Of a stretch of 64,000 nt of DNA, positions 18,736 through 28,546 are shown one piece after another. Numbering within the stretch: position 1 is the stretch's first letter; every line of letters starts with the position of its first letter. Origin of the DNA: Candidatus Omnitrophota bacterium. Lineage in GTDB: Bacteria; Omnitrophota; Gorgyraeia; Zapsychrales; JBDRMG01. The position numbers and the translations under genes were made by a program. The notes beneath the pieces were generated by a model. The model searched no databases, had not been told where the DNA came from, and saw only the letters and a program-made list of their open reading frames with translations. The stretch lies in the NCBI GenBank assembly GCA_043812495.1, contig JBDRMG010000008.1:1516-65515 (forward strand), written 5' to 3'.

Positions 18736-19479
18736 ATGAAGAAGTTCATGACCTGGCAGGTCGGTTTAGGGTTGGGTTTGATCGCACTTTCGGCAACGGT
18801 TTATTTCATTCATTACCTTATTTTCAGAGACGCCCACCATATTTTTATTTATCTCGTTGGAGATATTGCCTTTGTATTCTTAGAAGTTTTAATGGTGGCG
18901 CTCGTGATTCACGAATTGCTTATCCATCGGGAAAAGCAGTCTTTGCTTCATAAACTTAACATGGTCATCGGAGTATTTTTTAGTGAAGTCGGAACGCATT
19001 TGCTCAAAACCATAACAGGTTTTATGGCTGAATCTTTTCAGGCGGATAAAGATTTGATTGTAACCAAGGACTGGTCAGAAAAAGATTTTTACAAGAAGAC
19101 CAAGCAATTTAGAGACTATGCTTTTCCGATCAAAAGCGAACACGGCGATTTGATATCCTTAAGAGATTTTTTGATAGAAAAAAGGCCGCTTTTGGTCAAT
19201 CTCTTGGAAAATCCGAATCTTTTAGAGCATGAATCTTTCACGGATTGCCTATGGGCGGTGTTCCATTTGGCCGAAGAACTCTCCTTCAGAAAAGATTTCG
19301 GACAATTACCCGAAACAGATTATCAGCACCTCTCCGGAGACATTCAAAGAGTCTATAGGGTCCTGATTGTCCAGTGGTTGTCCTATATGAAACATCTCAA
19401 GGACGATTATCCGTATCTGTTTTCCCTTGCCGCGAGGAGAAATCCTTTTGACAGAAATGCTTCGATTGTTATTCATTAA
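18736..19479 (+). CDS. Hypothetical membrane-anchored protein (2 N-terminal TM helices plus a soluble domain)
   Basis: ORF with RBS-like GGGGG upstream. I recognise no motif. Confidence 0.5.
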   Translation: MKKFMTWQVGLGLGLIALSATVYFIHYLIFRDAHHIFIYLVGDIAFVFLEVLMVALVIHELLIHREKQSLLHKLNMVIGVFFSEVGTHLLKTITGFMAESFQADKDLIVTKDWSEKDFYKKTKQFRDYAFPIKSEHGDLISLRDFLIEKRPLLVNLLENPNLLEHESFTDCLWAVFHLAEELSFRKDFGQLPETDYQHLSGDIQRVYRVLIVQWLSYMKHLKDDYPYLFSLAARRNPFDRNASIVIH

Positions 19480-19483
19480 CTTT

Positions 19484-19570
19484 TCAATGAGGCCTGCGCT
19501 TATGGATGCCGCGCCCGCCATTGATTCAGTGGCGGGCGGGGCAGAACATAAGTGCATGGCCGAATTGACC
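19484..19570 (-). repeat. Modular palindromic intergenic element, copy B (minus orientation; inner hairpin carries the CCCGCCCGCCA/TGGCGGGCG module)
   Basis: The reverse complement reads GGTCAATTCGGCCATGCACTTATG-ttc-[hairpin]-tc-CATAAGCGCAGGCCTCATTGA. Confidence 0.8.
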
Positions 19571-19617
19571 CAGCACTAATTTTGTAATCCTATTGACATG
19601 CAAAAATTAGTGCTGGG
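19569..19617 (+). promoter_or_regulatory. Perfect 15 bp inverted repeat CCCAGCACTAATTTT/AAAATTAGTGCTGGG whose 19 nt loop contains TTGACA; candidate operator/promoter for the MarC-family gene
   Basis: Read directly. A related half-site motif, CGCTAAATTTT-aga-AAAATTAGCG, lies inside element copy C (44503-44525). Confidence 0.5.
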
Positions 19618-19708
19618 ATAAAACAAATGCTATTATTATTTCCTTATTTACTTAAAAAATAATGATTAAAAAGCTAATGCATAAGACAAACGAAAGGATG
19701 AGATTACG

Positions 19709-20293
19709 ATGACAAACATTTTTCTAGCCTTTATTCCCATTTTTGTCGCGGTTGACGCCATCGGCGTTCTGCCGATTTTTATTAGCCTGACACAGGGATA
19801 CCAGCCTGAAGAAAAACAAAAAGTGATCCGACAATCTTTGTATACGGCTGTGGCCCTTGCTTTTGGTTTCATTTTCTTGGGAAAAATAATCTTTCGTTTT
19901 CTCGGTATTACCATGAGCGATTTTATGGTGGCGGGAGGATTAATTCTTTTTTGTATCGCTATACTCGATTTGCTGAGACCCGGCAAACAAAGACGCATGC
20001 CTCCCAAAGAACTGGGTGCTGTTCCTATCGGAACACCTTTGATTGTGGGACCGGCGGTTCTGACGACATCTCTGATGATTGTCGACCAATATGGCGTGAC
20101 GGCGACCTTGATTTCCGTTTTGTGCAATATTTTCTTAGCCGGGCTGATTTTTCAAATGTCCGAAAAGCTTATAAAATTTTTGGGTCAGGCCGGCGCAAGA
20201 GCTTTATCCAAAGTCACCATGCTTCTTCTGGCTGCGATTGCTGTGATGATGATTCGTAAAGGGATCTTCGGCATCTTGAATGCCGGCGGTTAG
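19709..20293 (+). CDS. MarC-family (UPF0056) integral membrane protein
   Basis: Six-TM profile. N-terminal FIPIFVAVDAIGVLPIF is typical of the MarC family. Confidence 0.7.
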   Translation: MTNIFLAFIPIFVAVDAIGVLPIFISLTQGYQPEEKQKVIRQSLYTAVALAFGFIFLGKIIFRFLGITMSDFMVAGGLILFCIAILDLLRPGKQRRMPPKELGAVPIGTPLIVGPAVLTTSLMIVDQYGVTATLISVLCNIFLAGLIFQMSEKLIKFLGQAGARALSKVTMLLLAAIAVMMIRKGIFGILNAGG

Positions 20294-20436
20294 AGCATAT
20301 TCTGATCAAGTAAGATTTTAAATAAAGATTTAAATCTAGGAATACCTTTTCAACCTTTTATCTTGTTTTGAAGCATTTACGGAGTTAAAATAAAATATAG
20401 TTATTTTTGTAGATATCAAAGAAAGGGACAAAAATC

Positions 20437-21501
20437 ATGGTTCGACCTATCAAGATGATCTCCAAAACGCTTGGGTTACCGCCCGGAACACCTGTTTTGG
20501 TTGGAAATGAAAGAATCGGAAAAGCAAAAATTACGGTTTTTGACTATGATGCGGCCAATGTCGAGGAGAAAGAAGCCAAAACCGTCGAAGAATGCTTTCC
20601 CTTTAAGGACAAGCCCAGTGTGACCTGGATCAATGTGGATGGAATCGGAGATGTGGAGACGATTGAAAAAGTGAATGAGCATTTCGGCATTCATCCTCTT
20701 GTCTTGGAAGACATTCTGAACACTACACAGCGTCCGAAAATGGAAGACTTCGAGGATTATATTTTTATTGTCCTGAAGATGATCCATTTTGAAGGCAAGA
20801 CAGATGAAGTTATTTCCGAGCAAGTCTGTTTGATCGTTGGTCCAAATTATGTGATTTCTTTTCAAGAAACTGAAGGGGATCTCTTTGATCTTATACGGGA
20901 CCGTATCCGGCAAAACAAGGGCCGTATTAGAAAAATGGGTGCGGATTATTTGGCTTATTCCCTCATTGATGCGATCGTGGATGGTTATTTTGTCATCCTT
21001 GAGAAACAAGGCGATGAGATCGAGAATTTGGAAGAAGAATTACTCAAAGGAGCCGAGCCCAAGATGCCTCAGGAGATTCATCAACTGAAACGGGAAATGA
21101 TTTTTTTGCGCAAACACATCTGGCCGTTGCGTGAAGTGATTAACGGGCTTCAGAAAAGCGAAGTCGAACTCATCAAGAAGGCGACAAGTTTTTATTTACG
21201 CGATGTCTATGATCACACAATTCAGATCATTGACACGGTTGAATCATTTCGCGATATGCTCTCCGGCATGCTCGATATTTATCTTTCCAGCATCAGCAAC
21301 CGCATGAACGAAGTCATGAAAGTCTTAACGATTATAGCCACCATCTTTATTCCGCTGACCTTCATCGCCGGTGTTTATGGGATGAATTTTAAATATATGC
21401 CTGAGCTAGAGTGGCGCTGGGGTTATTTTGGTGCCTTAGGCCTGATGGCTCTTGTCGGGATTCTCATGCTCAATTTTTTCAGAAGGAAAAAGTGGTTGTA
21501 G
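20437..21501 (+). CDS. corA: CorA-family Mg2+/Co2+ transporter
   Basis: C-terminal two TM helices with YGMNF signature (GVYGMNFKYMPEL). Cytoplasmic N-terminal domain. Confidence 0.85.
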   Translation: MVRPIKMISKTLGLPPGTPVLVGNERIGKAKITVFDYDAANVEEKEAKTVEECFPFKDKPSVTWINVDGIGDVETIEKVNEHFGIHPLVLEDILNTTQRPKMEDFEDYIFIVLKMIHFEGKTDEVISEQVCLIVGPNYVISFQETEGDLFDLIRDRIRQNKGRIRKMGADYLAYSLIDAIVDGYFVILEKQGDEIENLEEELLKGAEPKMPQEIHQLKREMIFLRKHIWPLREVINGLQKSEVELIKKATSFYLRDVYDHTIQIIDTVESFRDMLSGMLDIYLSSISNRMNEVMKVLTIIATIFIPLTFIAGVYGMNFKYMPELEWRWGYFGALGLMALVGILMLNFFRRKKWL

Positions 21502-21615
21502 GAAAATCTTAGTGTTATCCCTTCCTTAAAGTTTTCTCCGATTCACCCCTTTCGACAACAGATATATTGTGACCCCTTAGAACACTGATGTCGTTTTTTT
21601 GCCATCAAGTTATAG

Positions 21616-21714
21616 CTAGTGCCGCCCCAACTAAATATGCTGAATATGCTCTATCTGATCTAAAGGCAGGAGGAGAGATGAATAATACGCAAAAGAAAGT
21701 TGGGGCGGCACTAG
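21616..21714. repeat. Perfect 17 bp inverted repeat (CTAGTGCCGCCCCAACT/AGTTGGGGCGGCACTAG) enclosing 65 bp
   Basis: Read directly. The loop carries a 15-codon micro-ORF with a good RBS (AGGAGGAGAG-ATG). Confidence 0.7.
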
Positions 21715-21800
21715 CCGTTGATTGATCTTATTTTAGCTTTATTTTACTTGATTTTAAGCTTATAATAATCTCAAAATCTTGTTAATATTAATATGAATTT

Positions 21801-23663
21801 ATGAAATCTGCCAAAAATCAGAAAAATTTCTGGGTCATCTTTCTTGCTTTAACCATCCTTTTTTTCCTTATCAAATACCAGGGACCGCAGGTTATTCGCA
21901 CCCTCTATCAAAACAATTCCTTCCAGACCCTTGACAGACTCACCAGAGCCAAGGGCCCCCACTCCCTGGATTATTATTTGGGTCGGACGGATGATGTTTT
22001 GTTTGGTCCATTAAGTTCTCTGGTTTCCGGCCTAGTTCTTTTGGGTTTCTCTCTCGCGTATCTGCAAAAATCTCAAGCTTTAAAATTTGCACTCGCCATT
22101 TTCGCTTATCTTCTAATTACCCGCCCAGAAATTCTTTTTTACCCTCCTTATGGGGATGCTGTCACGGGAATATTTTTTGACGTGATATGGATTGCCCGGC
22201 ATTCGTTTGATTACATCGGGTTATTCCATCAAAATAATTTCGGCGTCGGCGCGCCCCAGGCGTATCCTATTTCTCTTTTTCCGAGTTTTCTGGCCTTCCT
22301 GATGCAAGTAACCCCAACAACAAAAACTTTTCTTATAACAACACACTTAGTTATTTTTTTGATGGCCGCAGGCGCCGTATCCTCTTTTCGAGAAGTCTTG
22401 CGAAAAACATTTGATGAAACGATTGCCATTTTTGGTTCGATGATTCTTTTGGCGCTTCCGCTTTTTCAATGCATGGCCGAATTGATCAACCAGGAAGTGG
22501 CCTGCCTTTTTTTTGCTATTCTTGCCGTTTACTTTCTGTTTCTAAGAAGTTTGGGAAGAGCCATGCTGTTTTCGGCCCTATCGTTGCTTGTTAAAGCGCC
22601 CGGGGGAATAACTTGTTTTGCGATGTCCTGGGCGGGCATCCTTATGTTTTTAACGGAAAAAGACAACAAGGGTCGTATGAAAACTTTGCTGTGGGCCATC
22701 GGAGCAGCTGTTTTTGTTATGACCATGTTTCTTATCAGGCGATGGCGGACCGGAGAACACATGATTGATACAACCAATGTGACGGGATTTCTCATTGGCT
22801 GGAAGAATATTTCAGGTTTAGTGACATTTTGGATTTTTCTCGCCGTGGTTGTCTTTTTTATCATTCAGAGCATTATGGAGTGGCGAAAACGACCTGACAA
22901 TCAAAGGAGACTTGCCTCTTTTATCCATGAGCATCAGCCTGTTTTGATTGTCGGTTCGGTTGTCATTCTTTGGTTTGGTCTTTATGTTAATTTCCTGGTG
23001 ATGATTGACCGATACAAGTTGTTATTGGCGCCGTTTTATATAGTTTTCTTGATGTATGTTTTTACGCCTGTCATTAAAGATCAGAAAAGAATTCAGAAGA
23101 TTTTAATGGCTGTCATTGTTATTTTTCTTCTTTCTTCCCACGGTCATATCGGACAAAGGACCTTCGCTAACGGCTATTACAGCGGTTTTGAACGCAGCCT
23201 GGAATACCGTAACAATCTCAAAATGGCCATGCGGGTTACAAAGGAGATCGAGAACAATTATTATCCGGGGTATACGATTGCCGCGCCGTTTGTCATTGCG
23301 CATATGCTTAATTTTTCCGAGATTGGTTATGTAGATCAACCGCTCAATGTCGTTATGTACGGGATGAACAGCCATTTTAAAGGCATTGATATCTTTAAAG
23401 GTTTAAGCCTCATGAATATTGAAAAGACCGTTTGGATTGGATTCCCGGATTATTTTCTCAATGAACAAATCCCATATCCGATCGGTCCCGGCGACCAGAT
23501 AATCAAAGAAATAGAAGTCGGGGATCGGAAAGTGGCACTTTTTAAAGGCGGTTATGCCATCGAAAGGATGAGATTGCTGGTTATGCTCAAGCAGAGAGGC
23601 GTGTTAGATAAATTTATCCAGAGAGCGAAAGAACATCAAGCAAAATCAAAAGGAACCCGATGA
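21801..23663 (+). CDS. Large polytopic membrane protein (about 13 TM), possibly a GT-C-type glycosyltransferase
   Basis: Hydrophobicity pattern only. The genomic context is sugar-nucleotide genes. The function call is weak. Confidence 0.45.
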   Translation: MKSAKNQKNFWVIFLALTILFFLIKYQGPQVIRTLYQNNSFQTLDRLTRAKGPHSLDYYLGRTDDVLFGPLSSLVSGLVLLGFSLAYLQKSQALKFALAIFAYLLITRPEILFYPPYGDAVTGIFFDVIWIARHSFDYIGLFHQNNFGVGAPQAYPISLFPSFLAFLMQVTPTTKTFLITTHLVIFLMAAGAVSSFREVLRKTFDETIAIFGSMILLALPLFQCMAELINQEVACLFFAILAVYFLFLRSLGRAMLFSALSLLVKAPGGITCFAMSWAGILMFLTEKDNKGRMKTLLWAIGAAVFVMTMFLIRRWRTGEHMIDTTNVTGFLIGWKNISGLVTFWIFLAVVVFFIIQSIMEWRKRPDNQRRLASFIHEHQPVLIVGSVVILWFGLYVNFLVMIDRYKLLLAPFYIVFLMYVFTPVIKDQKRIQKILMAVIVIFLLSSHGHIGQRTFANGYYSGFERSLEYRNNLKMAMRVTKEIENNYYPGYTIAAPFVIAHMLNFSEIGYVDQPLNVVMYGMNSHFKGIDIFKGLSLMNIEKTVWIGFPDYFLNEQIPYPIGPGDQIIKEIEVGDRKVALFKGGYAIERMRLLVMLKQRGVLDKFIQRAKEHQAKSKGTR

Positions 23664-24670
23664 ATAAAACCGAGAAGAAAATATGCGTGACGGGTGGGGC
23701 AGGTTTTATCGGCAGCCATTTGGTCGAACGATTGATCTTATCGAATCATCATGTCATTGTGGTCGATAACTTTTCAACAGGTCGTTATGAGAATTTACCA
23801 TTTCGGAAAAACTGTAAAAACCTATCAATCATCAATGCGGATGTGGCAGATCCTGACAAAATGATTAATTGTTTTAAGGGTGTAGAAATTGTTTTTCATT
23901 GCGCGGCGTTGGCCGATATTGTTCCTTCGATCGTTCATCCCGATCGTTATTACCGGTCCAACGTGACCGGGACTTTTTGCGTGGCTGAGGCCGCGAGAAA
24001 GGCGCAAGTCAAGAAATTTATTTATACAGCCAGCTCCTCTTGCTATGGGATCGCAACAAATTTACCGACGAAAGAGAGTGATCCGATCGATCCTCAATAT
24101 CCTTATGCGCTAACCAAATATTTGGGCGAGCAAATTACATTTCATTGGGGAAAGGTCTATGGACTGCCGGTTGTTTCTTTACGGCTTTTTAATGTGTACG
24201 GTCCGCGTTCGCGAACCTCCGGAACCTATGGCGCTGTGTCCGGAGTTTTTCTGGCTCAGAAACTGGCCGGAAAGCCCTATACGGTCGTGGGGGACGGAAC
24301 ACAAACGAGAGACTTTATCTATGTCTCTGATGTCGTCGAAGCATTTCTTGCGGCCGCTTTTTCTGATATCAAAAATGAAATTTTCAATGTTGGCTGCGGA
24401 AATCCTCAAAGCGTTAATACGCTTGTATCGCTTTTGGGCGGAGAGAAAGTCCATATTCCCAAACGGCCGGGTGAGCCTGATTGCACGTGGGCCGATATCG
24501 CTAAAATTAAAAATAAGCTGGATTGGCAACCCAAAATTTCTTTTGAGGAAGGTATCGGGAATATTCTTCAGCATATTCAGGATTGGCGCAGTGCTCCGGT
24601 TTGGACGCCGGAGAAAATCGAAGAAGCCACCAAAGATTGGTTTACATACCTAGCAAAGGAAAAGCCATGA
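23660..24670 (+). CDS. NAD-dependent sugar-nucleotide epimerase/dehydratase (SDR family)
   Basis: GGAGFIGSHL Rossmann motif. YxxxK (YALTKYLGE). ATGA overlap with the upstream stop. Confidence 0.8.
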   Translation: MNKTEKKICVTGGAGFIGSHLVERLILSNHHVIVVDNFSTGRYENLPFRKNCKNLSIINADVADPDKMINCFKGVEIVFHCAALADIVPSIVHPDRYYRSNVTGTFCVAEAARKAQVKKFIYTASSSCYGIATNLPTKESDPIDPQYPYALTKYLGEQITFHWGKVYGLPVVSLRLFNVYGPRSRTSGTYGAVSGVFLAQKLAGKPYTVVGDGTQTRDFIYVSDVVEAFLAAAFSDIKNEIFNVGCGNPQSVNTLVSLLGGEKVHIPKRPGEPDCTWADIAKIKNKLDWQPKISFEEGIGNILQHIQDWRSAPVWTPEKIEEATKDWFTYLAKEKP

Positions 24671-26202
24671 ATAAAGATGTCTTAAAAAAGATTAAAAAAA
24701 TTCAGCAGCTGGCGGATATCGTCGCCCATTGCAAACGGCAAGGCAAGAAAGTTGTTCACTGTCATGGGGTGTTTGATCTCTTGCACCCTGGGCACTTAAA
24801 ACATTTTGAGTCCGCCAAGAAAAAAGGCGATGTATTGGTTGTCACCGTGACGCCGGATGAGCATGTCAACCGGGGGCCGGGACGGCCGATTTTTAATCAG
24901 GATCTGCGCGCCGAAAGCATTGCCCATCTGGCCTGTGTCGATTTTGTGGCGATTAATGAATGGCCTACAGCGGTTGAGGCCATCAAAACCATACGGCCCG
25001 ATTTTTATATTAAGGGCAGCGAATACGCGATCAAAGAAGATGACGTCACGGGGAAAATCTTTGATGAAGAGGAAGCCGTCAAAAAAGTCGGCGGGCAATT
25101 GGATTTTACCGATGATATCACGTTCAGCTCCACATCGATTATCAATGATCTTTTGGCTCCCTATCCGGAGGAAGCCCAGGATTTCCTCAAAAGTCTAAAA
25201 AAACGCTACAGTACCGAAGATATTATACGTTATTTGCAGGGTGTTCGATCAGTTAAAGTGCTTGTGATCGGTGATGTGATTATCGACGAATATCATTATT
25301 GCGTCGGCATGGCCAAGACACAGAAAGACAATATCATCGCGACTCGTTTTATTTCAGCCGAACAGTTTGCCGGCGGCGTCTTGGCGGCGGCCAATCATAT
25401 TGCCGGTTTTTGTAAAGACGTAACGCTTTTAAGCTGTATCGGGACAGGGGAGAATTACCAACCCTTTATTACCGATCGCCTGAAACCCAACATACAGACA
25501 AAGTTTTATCAACGCAAAGATGCCCCGACGGTCGTTAAACGCCGTTTTGTAGATAAGAATTTCTTAACAAAACTTTTTGAAATATGTTATTTGGACGATC
25601 TGACGATGCTGCCCACTTCTGTAGAAAATAAAATCTGCGATTATCTTCGCAAGAATCTCAAGAAATTCGACATGGTTCTTGTGGCGGATTTTGGCCACGG
25701 AATGATCACGCCTAAGATCATTAAAATTTTATGCGAAAAGGCAAAGTTTTTAGCTCTCAATGTCCAGACCAATAGCTCCAATATCGGGTTTAATCTTGTG
25801 CCGAAATTTCCTCGTGCCGATTATATCTGTATTGATGAACCTGAATTGCGCTTTGCCTGCCATGACCGGTTTTCCAAACCGGAAGATTTGGTTCTGAAGA
25901 TCACAAAAAAAATGAAATGCGATCACATGATCATTACACGGGGACACCGGGGCGCGCTGACGTATTCCAAGAAAAAAGGATTTTCGCAGATCCCTGTTTT
26001 TTCAAAAGAAGTCATCGACCGCATTGGGGCCGGAGACGCTTTTTTCTCGATTACTTCGCCATGTATTTTTAAGGGTGTGCCTACAGAGGTTGTGGGCGTT
26101 ATCGGAAATGCGGTAGGAGCCATGAAAGTTCTTATCGTGGGTAATCGGGCCAGCGTTGAACCGGCCCCGTTACTCAAATACATAGGGACATTATTGAAAT
26201 GA
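24666..26202 (+). CDS. Bifunctional heptose 1-phosphate adenylyltransferase (N-terminal) / PfkB-family heptose 7-phosphate kinase (C-terminal), HldE-like with swapped domain order
   Basis: N-terminal HxGH nucleotidyltransferase motif (VVHCHGVFDLLHPGHLKHF). C-terminal ribokinase-like domain with DRIGAGDAF. Start ATG 24666 overlaps the epimerase stop. Confidence 0.7.
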
Positions 26203-26768
26203 ATTATTTTAAAGAGCTCATCGATTTATGTCAGCATATTACGATCAATGATCAGAAGGGGAGGCCCTTGTTGATCGAAAAGGCCTTTGACAGAACAGTC
26301 CAGATGATTATGGACCACAAAAATAAAGGCAAAGTTTTTTTGATAGGAAACGGCGGCAGCGCGGCCATTGCCAGCCACACCATGACGGATTTTATCCGTA
26401 ATGCGAAGATTCCGGCCATGGCTTTTAATGACGCCGCTCTTTTGACATGCATGTCCAATGATTATGGATACGAAAAGGTTTACGAAAAGCCCATTGAAGT
26501 TGTCGTCAAAAGAGGAGACGTGCTGATTGCGATCAGTAGCTCGGGAAAATCGAAAAATATTATCCGGGCCGTCAGAGCCGCACAGAAGAATAAGGCGCGC
26601 GTTATTACTCTTTCGGGGTTCAACCGGAACAACTATTTGAGCAAGCTCGGGGAAATCAACTTCTACGTTCCTTCCAGCTCTTACGGGTTCGTCGAGTCCA
26701 TACACTTTCTCATCTGCCACTGCATTGTTGATACTTTGATAGCGAAAAAGAAAAGAAAAAATGGATAA
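26199..26768 (+). CDS. gmhA: Phosphoheptose isomerase (SIS domain)
   Basis: LIGNGGSAAIASHTMTDF and AISSSGKSKNI SIS motifs. Confidence 0.8.
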   Translation: MNYFKELIDLCQHITINDQKGRPLLIEKAFDRTVQMIMDHKNKGKVFLIGNGGSAAIASHTMTDFIRNAKIPAMAFNDAALLTCMSNDYGYEKVYEKPIEVVVKRGDVLIAISSSGKSKNIIRAVRAAQKNKARVITLSGFNRNNYLSKLGEINFYVPSSSYGFVESIHFLICHCIVDTLIAKKKRKNG

Positions 26769-27828
26769 GTTCAGAATCGACAGCCATAAGCTCACGTATC
26801 ATGTCCAGCGCGTCCATGATTGGTTGAATGGAAAAAACATTTATCCGGTGTATATAGAAATCAGCCCTACGGGCGCGTGCAACCACCGCTGTATTTTCTG
26901 CGGTTTAGACTTTATGGAATACAAAGCCCGGTCGCTTGATACGGCCCTATTGAAAGAACGTTTAAAAGAATTGGGCGAACTTGGCGTCAAAAGCATCATG
27001 TACGCCGGCGAAGGTGAGCCTTTCTTGCATCGAGACATCGTCGAGATCATTCAGCATACGAAAAATTCCGGAATAGATGTCGCGGTCACAACCAACGGCG
27101 TTTTATTTTCAAAAGAAAAAGCCGAAAACTCACTTGGGTATATGGAATGGATTAAGATCGGCATCGATGCCGGAACTAAAGAAACCTACGCGAAAATTCA
27201 TCGATGCCGAGAACAAGACTTCGATCGCCTCATTGAAAATATGAAAGAGGCTGTCCGGATTAAACGCAAAAGCGGTTACTCTTGCGCGATCGGCGCTCAG
27301 GCTTTGCTTTTACCCGACAATCAAAAGGAGATGGTGGGTCTCGCCAAGCTTATCAAAGATATTGGATTAGACTATCTTGTCGTCAAACCCTATTCTCAGC
27401 ATCCGCAGAGCAAAACCAAACAATATAGTGAGATTAAATATGACGACTATGGCGGGCTCGAAGAACAATTATCTCAGCTTAAGTCGGACAAGTTTCAAGT
27501 GATCGTGCGTATCCATACCATGAGAAAATGGGATGATAAGAAAAAAGAATATGAATGCTGTCTCGCACTTCCGTTTTGGTCGTATATTGATGCGGGGGGA
27601 AATGTCTGGGGCTGCAGCGTATATTTAGGGGATGAACGCTTCTTTTACGGCAATATCAATGAGCAGTCTTTTAAAGAAATATGGGAATCACAAAAACGTG
27701 TTGATTCACTACGCTTTGTTCAAGAGAAGCTCAACGCCTCAACGTGCCGAGTGAATTGCCGCATGGATGAAGTGAATCGTTATTTGTGGGAGCTAAAAAA
27801 CCCTCCCGACCATGTGAATTTTATATAA
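26761..27828 (+). CDS. Radical SAM enzyme with C-terminal Cys-rich auxiliary-cluster (SPASM/twitch-like) domain; paralog of 34473-35771
   Basis: CNHRCIFC (Cx3Cx2C). C-terminal Cys pairs (ECCLALP...GCSVY...STCRVNCRMD). Shared terminal motif KNPPDHVNFI. Confidence 0.75.
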   Translation: MDKFRIDSHKLTYHVQRVHDWLNGKNIYPVYIEISPTGACNHRCIFCGLDFMEYKARSLDTALLKERLKELGELGVKSIMYAGEGEPFLHRDIVEIIQHTKNSGIDVAVTTNGVLFSKEKAENSLGYMEWIKIGIDAGTKETYAKIHRCREQDFDRLIENMKEAVRIKRKSGYSCAIGAQALLLPDNQKEMVGLAKLIKDIGLDYLVVKPYSQHPQSKTKQYSEIKYDDYGGLEEQLSQLKSDKFQVIVRIHTMRKWDDKKKEYECCLALPFWSYIDAGGNVWGCSVYLGDERFFYGNINEQSFKEIWESQKRVDSLRFVQEKLNASTCRVNCRMDEVNRYLWELKNPPDHVNFI

Positions 27829-27844
27829 GAGTAAATGAAAATTG

Positions 27845-27992
27845 TTTTGGTTCTGGTGAGTTGGTAACGTTGGAGTCTTGTTGTGGTTATGGTTTTAGGT
27901 GTCGTTTAGAACAGAAATAATGATTTTAACCAAAACAACAACTAAAACGACAACGAAACACCAACGTTACCGATACCAAAAACGAAAACAAC
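27845..27992. repeat. Long imperfect palindrome: a GT-rich arm of about 63 nt and an AC-rich arm of about 65 nt around a 20 nt centre
   Basis: The arms are about 75% reverse-complementary and share a GGTAACGTTGG/CCAACGTTACC core. Strongly strand-asymmetric in composition. Confidence 0.7.
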
Positions 27993-28024
27993 TTTATAGG
28001 TTTTTGGAAAACCCTTGAATTTGA

Positions 28025-28543
28025 TTGGAGGAAAAAATGAAGAGAGCTGTCATTATTACAGCCACAAATTTTCAGGATGAGGAATTTACCTATCCGTATT
28101 ATCGATTACTGGAAGAGGGTTTTGCGGTTGATGTGGCCACGCCGGATAAAGCGCCGGTTTGCGGCAAATACGGCGTCCCGGCCCGACCCAACAAAGATAC
28201 AAAAGAATTGAAGGTCTCCGATTACGATCTTGTCATTCTTCCCGGCGGATTTGAAGCTCCGGATCGCCTGCGTATTCGTCCGGAAGTTTTGGCCTTCGTC
28301 AAAGAGATGTTTGAGACCAAAAAGATTGTGGCGGCCATCTGCCACGGACCCTGGATTTGTATTTCCGCGGGAATCCTCAAAGGGAAGAAGGCAACGGGGT
28401 ATATGTCCATCGCCGATGATATCAAAAATGCCGGCGCGACTTATATGGAAGAGGATGTTGTGATTGACGGAAATCTGATTACATCTCCGCACTATCGCAA
28501 TAACGGCGATTTTATGAAAGCCGTTCTCAAAACCATCAAATAA
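28025..28543 (+). CDS. DJ-1/PfpI-family protein (class I glutamine amidotransferase-like fold)
   Basis: Nucleophile elbow AAICHGPW. Confidence 0.8.
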   Translation: MEEKMKRAVIITATNFQDEEFTYPYYRLLEEGFAVDVATPDKAPVCGKYGVPARPNKDTKELKVSDYDLVILPGGFEAPDRLRIRPEVLAFVKEMFETKKIVAAICHGPWICISAGILKGKKATGYMSIADDIKNAGATYMEEDVVIDGNLITSPHYRNNGDFMKAVLKTIK

Positions 28544-28546
28544 ATG

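Noticed and set aside
19306-19557. 83 aa minus-strand ORF starting inside repeat copy B
   Set aside because: Its start codon is the ATGCACTTATG of the conserved 5' arm of the element. It is antisense to the 3' end of the 18736 gene.
24159-24653. 164 aa + and 131 aa minus ORFs inside the epimerase gene
   Set aside because: Alternate-frame or antisense to an SDR epimerase with clear Rossmann and YxxxK motifs.
26226-26795. 189 aa minus-strand ORF co-extensive with gmhA
   Set aside because: The + strand translation carries clear SIS/GmhA motifs, and the antisense ORF carries none. This is an open-antisense-frame artefact.
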